A DNA stretch of 64,000 nt, from contig OZ037766.1 in the NCBI GenBank assembly GCA_964035545.1, positions 11,956,722-12,020,721 on the forward strand, read 5' to 3'. Each line of letters begins with the position of its first letter. The stretch's first letter is position 1. The position numbers and the translations under genes are program-made. This document shows, one piece after another, positions 1 through 14,900 of this stretch. The notes under the pieces were generated by a model. It saw nothing but the letters and a program-made list of their open reading frames with translations. It was not told the origin of the DNA and did no database searches. The DNA is from Bugula neritina (Eukaryota; Animalia; Bryozoa).

Positions 1-82
1 AACTAGAAACTTACAATTTATTTCCTTTCTGGTAGAATTTAAGTATTTGCTGCACATAAAACACAAACTGTTATCGTTATAG

Positions 83-2734
83 CGAGTTTTGGTATGTCAA
101 GAGCGAACCTATTCCTAGTAGCATTGCATACACTACATCAGAGCTGGATTTTCATATTGATCAGCCGTATCTCTACAATGACCTGAATGTAAGTGACCAC
201 TAGCCTAAATATAGGCCTTGCAGTATATGCTTTCTATTAAAAGTAGGTAATGGAGGTAATGGAGTTATGTTTCAATAACCCAACTTAAATGAATTTATCA
301 GGGTATGTATTAGTGAGAATACAGATTTAATAATGTCGAAATTGATATTACAGCTACATGTATTTTGGTAAATTGTATGGCTGAAATAAATCAGTAGCTT
401 AAACTGGTTCCTAATTGTAAACAACATTAGTGCTGTTACCAACGAGATGCCAATTGTTGATGTTGCTGATTTAAATTGATTGAACATACACTTTGAAGAT
501 AATGGATCATAGCCAAGAAACTCTGTAAATATCATCATATGACATAATAGAAATTTTCCACGTTAATAATTATTAGAATTCATATTACTATGTTTAAATA
601 TACAACGCATAAAAACCAGAAGATGTTTAACATTGACTAATAATATAATGTATGTTAGTATGCAGATAAATGCCAGATAAAAATAGTAGCGATATATAAT
701 GTGTTTTTCAAGATGTTTGGGGTTAGAAAAATAAGCAAATACATAGCTTCAAAATTTTACACAATGTACAATAATTCCAACAAAAAAGAAAAGCCATAAG
801 CCAATAAATGACAGTTTTAAAGTGTGGTAACTTTAAACTACCTGATTTAGACAATACAAGTCCTTTAAAAACCTGTGGTTAAAATTTCTTGGTTTAAATT
901 AGGAACCTTGCATTTTCACGGTCATAGCAAATGCATTTTTCAAACTGTTGCAAAATAAACTGTATATCAAATTTTGCTCATTGAACTTTCATCATGATGT
1001 ACTTCCAATTTTCTTAATCATGCAGGTTGTAGATATACAATTTGAAAATATATAATACCATATGGTTTAAGTAATTTAGATCATGTGATTACTAATGCTA
1101 ACTTGTAGATTCAAGTTCTACACTTTATTAACCAAGTTACAGTTGGAGGAGAGAACATAATGTCTGATGCAGTGAAAGCTGCTAACATTTTAAAGGAGAG
1201 GAACCCAGAATACTACCATGCTTTGACAACCACTGAGTTTGTCTACGAGGATCTTGTAGCTCATGAAACTCACAGTCCACAGTTTTTCCTTATGAAGTCA
1301 ACACCTGTTATAAAGTACTGCTCTTATTGCTGCTTGAATATTTAAAACAACAGACCCTTTTCCAATGGCCTTGCTACTCAATCTATAATTAATTGTTGTC
1401 TCCCCTTAGCACATATGAAATTTGACCTCATAACATAGAGCAGTCTCATTAAAAATGACCGCCAGCACACCAACTAAATTAATGGAGTTATACCTTAGCC
1501 GTTTCTGCAGCTTAATAAGGAAATGACCACAAAATATGTTCACAATTACTCTTTCCAAAACTGAATACCTATGAAAAAATATTTAAGTTGCAAAATTTAT
1601 AGAATTACTAAAATGTGTGCTACTACCAACACACTTATCTCCCAGAAATTTTTTTAACTATATAGCATAGTTTTGAATTTATGTAGCAATAAAGCTTCAA
1701 ACTTTTAATGAAACTGCTCTGTGTAACAATGTTCAAGTATGTACCTGATGAGGGGGGCACAACTCTCAATTCCAAATTAAGTATCATGAAAATTAGAAAA
1801 GGTTCTACTATCCAATTTGGTAATCTGAAGTTATATTGCTATTTATTATGACACAAGAGTTAATGTCTGCTCTAATAGTATACATAACATAACTTTTGAA
1901 TTTTCTTATAATCGCAGTTTAGATGAAAATGGAGAACCAAAAGCCATAAAATGGAGTCATTCATGTAGAAGCAGCTTTTTCAATGGTTTACCAGAGCAAT
2001 ATGAGCTCTTAATGAAGGCTGCCCAGGAGTACCACAAGATACTGTATGAATTTGCAATAGAGATAAAGAATCAGCCAGGTGATGAAATAGGATGTACTCC
2101 ATCAACCATACATACTTTTGATTTAAGAGTGGTTCCCCAAAACATTGTAAGTATCAAGTCCTAGGAATCTGTGATCAATCCTTCTAACAACTCTCACATG
2201 TGGAGGAAGATTATTCTGATGTTAAGAAGTTAGTTCTATAGCTCCAAACTTTTAAGACTTTTGTGATTCACGATGCCTTTTAAATACTTGGGACTTTGCT
2301 TATTTGGAAACTATCCTTTGTAACGTAAATAAGCTCACATTTGCATTACTTGAATATTTATCTAAACTATTAACCTGCAAAAACTATTGCTATAAGTGCA
2401 ACATACTATCCAATTAATGACTTTATTCTAGACTAAAATTAGCAAAATATATTGCCAATCTAGACAGTTAAATAGCCTCTTGGTTGTAGTATATAGCCTA
2501 CAATCACAAACTTACTTATCTTACTAAATTGTCAACATTTTCTACTAAACATTAAATTCACTTCTTCTGGTGACAGGAGATATCATGGTATTCGACAATA
2601 GAAGGCTAGTTCATGGCAGAAAAGCTTTTAGAACTGACGAGCCAAGACTGATTGAAGGCTGGTACTTTGACTGGGATATGCTGTATTCTTACTTGAGGGT
2701 GGCCATGATGAAGAAGAAGAAAGTTGAACCATAG
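83..2734 (+). CDS. BBOX1: Gamma-butyrobetaine dioxygenase-like Fe(II)/2-oxoglutarate dioxygenase (TauD family), 3' exons only; the 5' end lies before the window
   Basis: Four phase-compatible GT-AG exons: 83-188, 1109-1314, 1918-2078 and 2577-2734. They translate as EFWYVKSEPIPSSIAYTTSELDFHIDQPY...IQVLHF...GGENIMSDAVKAA...GDIMVFDNRRLVHGRKAF...RLIEGWYFDWD...*. The HxD iron-binding motif, DNxRxxHGR and the C-terminal GxYxDWD are typical of the BBOX/TMLH family. It is divergent, so it may be a paralog rather than the ortholog. Confidence 0.85.
1395..1763. mobile_element. Degenerate MITE with long terminal inverted repeats, in a BBOX intron
   Basis: ACATAGAGCAGTCTCATTAAAA (1433-1454) is the near reverse complement (20/22) of TTTTAATGAAACTGCTCTGTGT (1703-1724). 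The outer ends GTTGTCTCCCC (1395) and GGGGGGCACAAC (to 1763) also pair. Confidence 0.5.
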
Positions 2735-4032
2735 TTTGGACAACTCCAAAGAACAACCGAACCCATCACCAAAAATGGAGAATGAAACAGAATAACGCTA
2801 AAATAAACTTATGGTCAAATTGAAATGCTTTTTTAGCATAGTTAAATTTTAATAACTCTTTCATGATGTTTGCTGTTAGCAGGTGCTTAAATGAAAAATA
2901 ATAAAATTAATAACTGAGCCTAATTATTAACACAGTTTGCTAATATCGATTTTAAATGCTATGCAAACAATATAATAAACTTTCTTAATAATAAATCAAA
3001 GTATTTTTAATTAAAATCTAAGCAAATTACAAATAATTAACTGATTATATCAGCTACATAAATTCACTGATGCCACTGCATTCATAACTCAACTCTGCAC
3101 CTACTAGACTATGTGTAATCTAAACTGTGTGCACAGAACTACAGACCTAATGGTAATTTAAAGATAGCTTATATTACTATTACTCCAAAATAATTATTTG
3201 AACAAATTGAAGTCATAATCATTAGAAGTGTTGTATCACTGTACACAATGATCCTGACAAGTAGGATGAAAGTATCACGTTTAGAAGCTTGATCCACATA
3301 CCTTACCAAATCCCTTTACCATCAAAAATTATTCGTAATAATGTGATGCTTTCAAGTATTTTAAAACTTTTCAATATTAGCAAATAGGTTTTAAACATTG
3401 GTTGGCGTGAGACAAAGTAAATGGATAACAATGCAGCTGTTAATATTGCTTTTAAACAGCACTGTTGAAGTGCTGACTAACAAAGAAGTTGCAAAGTATA
3501 AAAAAATACTACCCATAGTGTTGTGTGTAAACATGTAGTCCATAAATAATTGCACTAATCATTAAACCATTGATAGCTGTACTGCTGCGACACAACTCAA
3601 GTTTTTGCTAAAATGTGCATGTATAAGATTTGGACACATAATTTTCTTGAATCTAGATAAGTCTTTGAACAAAGTTAATCAAACTCAGCACATTAACTGG
3701 ATTTCAGTTCAGTTATGAGCATAAACAAGGATGTGGCAACTTTGCAAGTGAAACAACTAACATTAATTCCAGCTGTGAAATAAAATGAGGATTTCAGAGA
3801 GTTGGGGCAACTTTTTAATCATGCAAATATACAATGTTGCATAACAAACAATTATCAATTTATATTTAGTAATATAAAAATAAAATAGTTGATGATGTCG
3901 ACAAAAATCTTTAAAACATTAACATATTATTGCTGGAGTTATCATTTGTTATGCCCAATTTGTTATAATCCACTCAAAACTCGCATATAATACATGACAC
4001 AACATTCTTTACACAAATATGCAAGTAATCCC

Positions 4033-6089
4033 TCACTCGTCTGAATCGCCATCTGCTTCCGGTTCATTCGTATCACCAGCCACCACACATTTTAAATCTC
4101 TCTCCCGTTTTCCTGCAAATACAATTGCTATTAAATACTTTTGTTTGCCCAAAATATGAAGAAATCTTTAATAATAGAAACAGTAATTTACACTGGTGTT
4201 CTCCGTAGATTAAGCTCCTAATAGACATAGTGCTCAGCTGCTCTTCTAATAATAGCAAAAATGGTGAGCAATTGTGAGTGAATTTGCTGACAAAGTCTGT
4301 TTGTTTACATTGCACATGATTGTGACATTGATTAGGTTAAAACTCTAGGAATTAAATAAACTATAAAAAAAACTTTCATTGCCTACACAAATGATCCAAT
4401 CATGTTGTAGAAAGTACTCTGCTATACTTGTAACATAATATAACTGAAGCATAATATAAGAGCACAACTACAAGCTTTGAGCAGTATTAGATAATAGTAC
4501 CTAGGCTTCCATAGTGAATGCGCAACTTCTTTGAGTAAAGTTTCAAGCTTATTTACAGTCTTGCTACTCAAGAGTGCAAAAATTATTAAGCAAAAAACAG
4601 CTGTAAGTTTTGTAGCAAAAAACGGTCACCAATTGGAGTTATATCTGAGTTAAGAAACAAGACTATTAGTTGTATAAGGTTCCATTAACAAATCTTGTAT
4701 CAACTCAATTGAACGCAAAAAAAGATTGCATAGCAATAGGAGAAAACTGACTATATTCCTAGCAACTAATAGCACTGTAAAACATCAAAAGTTGCTACCA
4801 TTAGCCTGGAGGTTTTACAGATTATTTGAAAGAAAAAGAGTTTAATATATGCTAATAGAAAATACTTCTTTCTCGTTCTGGTAAAGCTTTCAGTTCAGCT
4901 TGCATTTCCTGCTTCCTGTGATTTTCTTCTTCTACTGTCAAAGTAGACCTACAATTACACGTTTTAACCATTGCTTATTCACATGGCAAACACAGAAATG
5001 TCTGTAGAGAAGCAATCCAATATAGAGAAAAAGTGCAAAAATTGTAGAACCCCAAATCTTCTGCATATATTTACATAAATATTGTGCCAGGGAGATAAAC
5101 CTGGCTGTTTGCCAATATTTTACTGAAAGTATACGTTAGCTTTTTGCAGTTTGTTCAGCTATTTTTTGGCTTTTTTTTATTTGTTTTTTTGGCTGGTACA
5201 TGAAACTCTTTAGTTTGTATTATGATTGTTAGTAGTTTCACTTGCCAGGAAAAGGTTGCTATAATTTTGAAGTTTTTTATTTTTGTTGATATTAAATATT
5301 TGAAAGTTACTTATGTATACATTTTTGTACAGCATGTAACTGTTTTCTTATATAGAGTACAAGACAAAGAATGAGCAATAAATCTGGAAATTAAGGATAT
5401 TGTTTTAGGCTTGTTGCTATTCAATTCACTAAACCATTCCTGGCACAAATATTTACAAGAAAATTCTGGAGGTTAAAAGTTACAATACATTAATCACTAA
5501 CATAGGGTTAAATAGAGAAAACTTACTTGGCTACCAATTCTCTTGGCTGTACACACTTGACACAGACTCCTAAATCTGAGCCACAAGGTTCACACACAGC
5601 AGTGTAAGCCCTTTTTACAGTTTTCTGGTCACACTTTACACTAGACAAGTAAAGTTGTGCTGACATATATTATGTATTCTATTTACTGTACTAAAAAACA
5701 GGCACACATGCATGTATGTGTACATTTTACATATATGCACAAATTAAAATATATCAACGGGTACACTGCATGTAAAACTAATTGAAATTTGATTATTACT
5801 CGACATAATTACACATATATATGCATGTGCACATCTAGATGTTAATAGGACATCGTATGTAAGTAATGATACCAACTTACCATTTCTTAGGAGCTGCCAA
5901 GGGTTTATACTTTTTATACTTGATTCTCCATTCGATTTGATCTTTGCATCTAGTACAAACTCCATATATTTCCAAATCATTAAGCATTTTTACTAGCCCA
6001 GTAGTGTCGTGCATGCTATTCTTGAAAGCGTGAGAATTTTTATGTTTTTGCGACCGTGTCCGTTGACAGTTCCCTCGCTGACTACTCAT
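4033..6089 (-). CDS. C9orf85: C9orf85 homolog (DUF2039 Cys-rich protein), about 161 aa
   Basis: Exons 6089-5881, 5640-5527, 4948-4866 and 4112-4033 sum to 486 nt, in frame. Translation: MSSQRGNCQRTRSQKHKNSHAFKN...GVCTRCKDQIEWRIKYKKYKPL..PKKCVKCDQKTVKRAY..VCEPC...GVCVKC...LPERER, then an acidic tail. The last exon is less certain, because read-through of the exon-3 donor gives an earlier stop at 4852-4854. Confidence 0.88.
5048..5474. mobile_element. Degenerate MITE-like element in a C9orf85 intron
   Basis: Inverted pair TAAATATTGTGCCAGG (about 5076-5091) and CCTGGCACAAATATTTA (about 5439-5455), flanked by AACCCC and GGAGGTT ends, with a non-coding T-rich interior. Confidence 0.4.
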
Positions 6090-8848
6090 TATCAATTGAA
6101 AAGTTGTCCTAAAATATAAAATTGCTCTAGTAAAATTCTAAAAAGGTATTATATTTGAGATCAATAGGCAATTGTTTCAAGGGGTTTAAAACACTTTTAA
6201 TGAAAAAATTGTTTATTAGCCAAGGTTTAATGATAAAAGATATATAAATAGACATACTTCCATCAACAACTAACAATCTTTTTGACAACTAGTATTTTTG
6301 CATCATATTTGAAAGCTTGTTAAATGTAATGATGTCAATCAAACACATATTACAATTATAACTATAAAGATACATCTGAAAAATATAGAAAGGCAAAATG
6401 TTTAATATGGACATTATCGAAAAGTTTATGTTCACACACTAGGAGATGTATGGTTGCACAGGATAAATTTTATGAAGTTATTATTGAACAGATAACTCTC
6501 CAATAGCTTAACTTTTCACATAAGTTTTAACTATAATAATTACATATTACTAATTGTAATACTAATAATAATATAAATATATGAAAGATAACGTTAATAC
6601 TAATAGTACTAATTATAGTAATACTTATACTAATAGTAATAGCCGCAATAATAAAGTGATAACCCATAGGCATTGGGGATGATTGACAATAGTGGTAGCC
6701 AATACTGTAACTAAAAGTAAATAGTCAAAGTCAAACTCAGTAGACATATACTTATAGTCAATTACAATAGTCAACACTCAAAGTCCATAGCCCATAAGGC
6801 TAAGCAGCCATCACTCAGTCATGATTCAAGCCAATCACTCCAAGTCTAACTGATCGGACTCTAATCACAGTGACAATCAAAATAACAATGCGAAACTGAA
6901 AGTGAAAGTAAACATGATAATTATGAAAATAGAATTAAGATTTAAATGCGTTACACTTACAAAGTGAAAGTTCAAGTTGTAAATGTATCACTTAGTTTAT
7001 AGTTATGACTATCAAAACCAAATAAAATATTTAAAATTTACATAATCATATTCATATTGATATTTAATTTTATATTACATTAGTGATTAGCTAAAAACTA
7101 TTCTTTACACAGCTTCAGCATCAAACTAAAATAAAAATAAAAACTACTCAAAAGATTTTTTTGTATTAAATTCAAAGATAAACTTCTAGTTCTATTGACT
7201 ATTACATTACTCATTAGTCATCACTCATTAGAGTCATTACTCATTAGACTTTCATTCATTTCTGAATTTCTATGAAACAGATGTGACACACCGGATATTT
7301 AAAATAAAATAATGAGCTGGACTCACTTAAAAATAGGGGCTGAAAACTTTTCACACGAGATGATAACTTCAAATTTTAACCAGTTCAATTTCATGATGTC
7401 TACAAATTAAACTAATGTTAAATATTATGTCGGTACATTATCAGCTAATTTTAATGTTATTATCATTTGATCTTCTGGTAGAAAGTCTAAAGATAAGTTC
7501 AGTTTTAATAGACTCAAGTTCAACTGCAAAATGCATGTTTCTGAAAAATAGTTGCATGGGCAGCTTTAGCTATGCTGCATTATTTTCTTTGATATATTTC
7601 AACTTATTGACTTGGAGTTTATTTTCAAATTCAGATGTTTGACATTTGAAGTACCTATTAGAGTTGTTGGAAACCTTTGATTGGTCAGGTTTCATGTGTT
7701 TAGAACTCACCTCTATGAAACAGAAAATATATGGTAGTTTTTATTGATCCAAACCTCAATTGAAAAGCACAGACTTTACAGTTGACTAATCTAAGTATGT
7801 GATCGCAATTATAATTGTGCCTTCAGATTATAAGTAATTTAAATACCTGCTATATTTAGACAAGTGTTACCAAAAACGACTTTTAGCAATGTAGCTGTGC
7901 ATGGATAAAAAAATAATGATCATTAGAATTTCAAATATGTGATGTGCAAACCAAACTTAGTAGAATAACCAGATTTCAATTTTCCAATATTTTGTATTCA
8001 ACTCTACAGATGTTTTTTTTTCTAAAATTATATAAACTCTTGCAATACATTTAGTTGTTTAATTTTATATAATACAAAAAGCCTAATTAAAATGGTTGCT
8101 GTAACATTACAAGGACTTGGGGGCTAGGCCAGACTCTAGTATTATAATATATTTTTGAAACTATTCAACACTTAAAACTAGCATGTTATACTACAAGATA
8201 AAATATACAATTTTGCATTAAAATACTGTCATAATTGTTGTTTATGCTTATAAGTTGTTGCAGGAAAATGGTATAAACTGAATAGTTTCACCCATTTGCA
8301 CTTAAGGATTATTAAAATAGCCCCCCCCCCCCCAATTTCATAGTACAGACATACAACATTGCACTTAAAAACCGGATTTTACCATTATGAAGATCTCTCA
8401 CTCTTTATGTTCCCTTCATCAAATTTTCACAAACACAGAATAAAATGAATATCGCTTAAAAATCCTTTAAAGAACATGGGAAACAATAAAACAAAGAGCT
8501 GTTGGAGTAAGAAAATATATTATTTTTCAAATATGGAATGCATTAATGACAATGGAATTGAATATTGTAAATTAAGCTTTTTCAAAATTGTAAACAAATT
8601 GTAAAATTTGGAATGCATGGTAGGCTCACTACTAGTAAATATATACAATGGAATGATGTACATTAAATACAATTAAGTGATTAAGTAATTCCACTTAAAC
8701 AAAAATTTTAAACTGGAATGGAAAATATGCATAATAACATATAAATACAAAAAAAGCAGAGACAAAGGTATTGTAGAAATTGTTATTAATAAGATGTTAG
8801 TGAATGGTAAGAACTATACTGCTACTAGGGCTGCAGTATACACAATGT

Positions 8849-11800
8849 TTATGCTAGCAGTATTTTGGTTACGGCTGACAATGTGATCAGCATAATCAAC
8901 AGATAAATGCTGACCACCGACTTAGTGGAGGCACTAAGTATATACACTGTTGATGCTCTCATATACGAATCTCTGCCATCCAAGAACTTCTGTGGACAGT
9001 CATCAACTGAAAGATACAACGCATGTTATAATATGCACCTAAAATGTGGAAGATAATATGCTAAAATCTCTACATTCTCTCATGGCTATACCTTCATTAG
9101 CCTGAATCGAAACAGTAATTTTAGAGGTTACAAATAACCTTTTCGAATAGGCTGAATGAATACAATTCACGACGACACCCAATGACTATAAAAAATAAGA
9201 GGATGTTACCCTGAACTGAAACAGCTTTGGCTAGTAACAACTTAAAATTATAAGCTTCTTTGTTAAATCTAATTGAAAACTGCTCTAAGTATAAAACACC
9301 AGTTTCATGAGATTTTTTGCATTGGGAGTTGTCTTACTTGGGATCAACACAAATTAGAATAAAAATCTCGCTAACAAATGGTATTTGGTGCTGCAAAACT
9401 GCTTAGCATAAAACAATTTAGCTTTATCATTATTAAAGTTTTTTGCTTGCAAATTTTGGATAATTCTTATTAAAGTTTCTCGACCAATCATTTACAATTG
9501 AAAAAACATAGTTGGTAACCTTCATCATTACTTTTCATTCATAACTGCCAATATCTCGTTTTGGAAAAAGGAATGTTTTTGCAATAAACTGAAAAAAAAA
9601 ATATCAATAAGATTTTTTTCCTTGCAGCAGGTTGTATGCATGTATGTCCATAGCCAGTGAGTAATTTGCAGTAAAAAGGACCAGTTTGTCATTAAATGGT
9701 GTAACTTCAACATAAAAACAAAAACTACACATCAATAATCACTTACACTCTCTCTCATTTTCATGAAGATCAAGACGGAGGCTAGCCCCTTCAGCTTCTG
9801 AGTAGCTTCGGGGAGTTTGATTAGGTCCACAAGCCGCCCTCAATGCCCGAGACATACGGATGTCTTTCCAACCAAGCCGTTCATACACCCAGCATCGGAA
9901 TATAGCCACAGAATCTTCCGTATCATACGTGACAAGGTAGGAGAGCTGATTCTCCTGCCAGTAACCTACACACTGCAGGTAGTTGTCAGGCTCATCTACA
10001 AACGGCATGTCAAGAATAATTGGAAACACATAAAACAGAATTTACATAAAACACTCATATTACATGCCAGCAAATGCTACTAGCGCAGAATTTGATGCTA
10101 AAAATATTAGTTTAAGCGCGATGCATGGTGATTGGTAAGCTGAAACTATATCATCCATTAAGCTGACAGATTCATATAACACTGAACTTCCAGACCCCAG
10201 CAAGGCCCTGGCAAACACAGCGATAACTCACCATACTCTCCAATAGGTCTTCCAACATGGTCAACTGTAGCACATCTCTCCGTATCCAAATTAATGGTCT
10301 TTGGGTTTACTGAACAGACCTACATCAAGTCAAAGTTTAAATTGTTAATTTAATTAAAGTAATAAAAGGGATGCCAACAATAATACTACAACTAGAGTAC
10401 ATTTCGGCCTCAATTTGACCGACATATACGTACCTTGAACTCTGACTCAACATTATCACACTGATAGGCAACGCGGGGACGCTCTGTAACACCTCTAATC
10501 TTTGTTCTATACTTAAAGTCTTGTTCACCAATCTGTGTGAAGTTGTATATCCCACCAATAGGACACTCAACTGGTGCTGGGGGATTCACTGTATAATATA
10601 CACATGTGATATGTGAATTATAAAGAAAGCAAACATAAAAAATAAATATCAAATAACCCATCATATAATAACTTTAGTATTATATAGAAGTTGTAGTTAT
10701 AATAACATGTGAAGGACATAGTTATAGTATATGGAGGGACTCATGATATACAATTACTATTCATGATGTAAATTTTAACATAAATTCATATAGTATGTGA
10801 TACTTTTTAAGAACAGCATATAATATAAATTATGATATGAAACATTGGTGTTGGGAAAATTGAAAAAACTCATGGCAAATATTTTAGACAAAGTTCATAA
10901 CCAAATAGCAAAGAGTTTATACATATAACTTATGATTGACACTTACATATAAATGTTTGGTAAACGTAATTCAAATTTTCCGTTCGACTGACAGTAAAGG
11001 CGGACCAGCTACAAGCTAACTTGAACATCTGTTGTCTGCTCTCCTCAGTTTCTGTCATACTCTGATCCACACGGTAAGGTTTACCTAATGAATACACACT
11101 AATGTACTTTTAAAGTACACTGCGGATAAGCACTGCTAAACCAATCACATCAAGTTTACACACACTCATGCAGAACTATAGATAAAACACACACAATTTT
11201 GATATAAAAACTCATTATTAAAAAAGCTTTACCCATTCTAAATCTGATGATATTTTGATGTCGTGGGAGAAACTCAAAGCAGACATAGTCCACTTCACAT
11301 CTTCCCTGTGTGACCTGCTTCATCAGAAATCTAGTGTCCCTAGTCTGCTGACACGAGTAGAATGTATCCACCTAAGGGAATATACAAGGTCTAATTATAG
11401 CACACTGACACTATGCAGAGAACATAATTATTATACATGAAAAATGGTAAGAAAAATTCACAGAGAAAGAGTGAGAAAGAGTTTATACCGTGTGAGTATG
11501 CGCACGGCGTTTATAATACTAGTATCTAAAAGAACTACTATTGCAAAAAATACATAAAATATAAATATTTCAAAATGAGTTCAAAGTCTACCCTCACACA
11601 ATATTGTCCTAGTAGCCTCTAGCTAAGGACTCTTACCGAGGTAAATGTTGTGTACTTGGTGTTAAACTGAATGTGTGTTGCATTGATAGTAACGTGAGAG
11701 TCAAACTCTGAAGAAGTGAACCAGGTTCCAGAGAAGTTCTGAGGCAGCATACAAGCAGGTTGTAGCAACTCTACTTGCTGATTGGTCAAAGCTAAAATAT

Positions 11801-11944
11801 GATAAATGAGCATACTATTCAAGTAACGCTATTTACTACCGTGTGTAGGCTATACATGAAAGTACATAAAATTTGAATCAAGAAATCATGAAGACATGCA
11901 TTATATTTATTAGAGTATAGACCATGGGTAAATAATATCACTCA

Positions 11945-11991
<47 letters not shown>

Positions 11992-14900
11992 CGACATATA
12001 TATATATATATATAACGACATATATATATATATATATATCGACATATAGCAGTACCAATTATATACAATGCTAAAAAGAGATACAGTACATAAATATGAT
12101 GGCATCATGTTAAGACAATTAATGTTTCAAACTATACAAGTATAATCATTGTTTAGATAAATATACCTCACCCGTCATTCTCATAAAAGGAGGTCACCTA
12201 CTAAATGATAAATCTTACCAGGTTGATAGAGGAATCTCCAAGGTCCTTCATACTCTGTTTGCAGCTCATTACAGTTTGGAGTGGTGGACATGGTGTATCT
12301 AAGTTGGTTGTCTAACAGCTGTTGGTTGGTCCTCGTAAGCAAACACCTCACCTGCCATATTAATAATATAATATACACACATTGCACATCTGAAGAAAAC
12401 TCACTATGGTTACCGAGATTATGAAACTGATTTACAATGCATTGCGACTTAGATATAACACCGCCAATGCTTCAGTGACAGAGAGGGGAGGGGTTGGTTG
12501 AAAGATAATTGTTAGTACTTATAATTTTTACTGTTACAAATAGTAAATATTTGGGTAGAATAAGTATTTAATGAAAAAAAAGATATTTGAAGTATTTGTA
12601 AACGCACTTGCTTGTCAAAAAGAACTTCCGAGTTGTCCCACAATGCTGAATAAGTTTTTGTAGGGTCATTTGGGTCTTTCCAAGAACCCAAGCACCACCA
12701 CTGCTTTGCTAAAAATATTAAAAAGTCACACTAAAAAGATAATTCTCAAACTAGGTGAGGATATAATCTAGGGCTGAAAACAATAATTGTGAGTAAACTT
12801 TAAATCTACATCCAGCTAAATACCTATCAATACTGACAGAATATTTTGGTAACTGCTGAATACAATGGGAAAATTCATTACTCATTAGAAGACAATTATC
12901 AAAATCTGTTTAACAGTTCGACATACTTGAATCTACAGAAGCTGCATTTCCCTGACATTTGCTGAATGTCTGCTTAACAACGAAGTTGTCCTTGAAGGAA
13001 GATCCAGGTGATTGACATGCGAGAATTCTATTTTCAGGGTTGTTGCAGATTCCCTCATTATCAGCTCTTTCATAATGAAACTGAAAGGCTCCCTCAAAGG
13101 TATTTTTGCAATTGACATCTAAACGATTTCCTCCTACAATGTGCCACAATAATGCAGAAAAACTGAAGAGAACTTTATTAAAGTAACAAAAGATAAGTAA
13201 CCAACTACATTATGGGTACACGCATTGTGAAAAGGCAACTACAAAGTTATAAATGAAGTAAGTGTTGAATGCTTGATTTAAAAATGCAAATCAAACACTA
13301 TAGTGAATTCACAGAATACAAAATTCAAGTAAAAAACACGTTTTTATTGTGAAATCAAACTCCCAGAAGTATCAACATATAATGCTAAAAAAATGCAGAT
13401 GATAGGCTAGTACTGATGAATAAAAAAAGCATTCAACTTTATAAATGTTGCTGGAAAATATTTTATACATACACTGAAATATTTTTCAAAAAGTTATAAG
13501 ACACTTACTGAACAGCTGGACAAATGCTCCAATTGCATTAGTAGTACATTGCCGTTTAGCTTCTTCTGCAGAAAAGCCGGTACAAGTGCCTGTTAAAGAG
13601 AGACATATATAGGCATTACATCAGCGATAAATCCTGATAATTAAAAACATACTGTTTTAATCAGCTAACTAAGTAGGTATCTAGAACTTAACGTTCTATG
13701 ATTTTACAATCTGGTCTTTATAGCGCATTTCCTAAGATTAAAATCAATTTTAGTACAAGGAAAGAAGTTTAATTTTTTTCAAAAACAAAATTAGAATAAT
13801 TCTAATGTTTTTGAAACTATTTTTAAGATCTATAATCTTCCAAATATTCAATAAAATTCATAAAAAGCTATAAGATAGAGTTCTATAATTATTACTGCTT
13901 TGTTTGGCTTTTATAAATTGTGGCAACAATTAAATGATTATTCATAATTCTTATATTCTAACACATCTTACTTAATTTCAACATTTAAAAATGTGTTTCT
14001 TTAACATATTATAACTACTTAGGATGATGAAATATTAATAATATATAGTAAAGAGATAATTTTTACTTCATATTCACAATCACAGTCATTCAATCATTCA
14101 TGTGAAAGAAACTGGCAAAGTTTTGACCAAACAAAATACAATATATTGCTATAAATCCAGATGAACAGTCAACTGCAATATAGAACAAATGGCCAAGTAA
14201 CTTACTGGATTTCATTTCAATAACATTTGGAGTTCGCTGTTGCAATATAAGGCAGCCAAAGCAAGTATTTCTACAAACAAAAAGTGGATATGTTTATTTT
14301 TAATGGTGTACATTAAATCAGGCTAAATGCTAATATGGAGGTGAATGACCAACATTAGCCATAGTAAGTAGGTAAGCAATAAAAAACTAGACTATGATTT
14401 TACTGGTATACAGAAGCAACAGATATAGAAGACTTCAATTTATTTTTGGTATTTCAAACTAGCTACAGCTTAGAAAAATTAAAAATCAAACTCCTTCAAT
14501 AGCACAACTCAAGTATTCAAATATATTGCAAGTTGAACCAATGGCTCTTAGATGTGAACACCTTACATTTTATTTGATGACAAATATTTAAAAAAAAGTT
14601 AGTAAACTTTTATCAACTGTTTTGCATATTGCTAACTTGATAACAGAAAACCAGTAGACATTTAAGACTAGAATCTTTACCAGAAACTATCATTCTAAAT
14701 ATTATTTCTGAAATAAATTCTGAGAATAAATTTTTTTCAACCATCTCTTCATTAGATTAAATGATTGCTGAACCCATTTTATAACCTTGAAGATGCAATA
14801 AATACCATTCGACAAGTAAACTAGGGGATAACAACCCTCTCAGTGCAGAACTAAACATGCCCAATGTCTAATTGGAACTGAACTGTGTTAGTTGGGCAAC

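Noticed and set aside
2127-2316. Possible hAT-like MITE remnant (GAGTGGTTCCCCAAA ... TTTGGAAACTATC)
   Set aside because: Weak TIR match, no TSD and no second copy in the window.
4501-4528. Possible extra micro-exon of C9orf85
   Set aside because: At 28 nt it would shift the frame of the acidic last exon, and exons 3 and 4 already join in frame without it.
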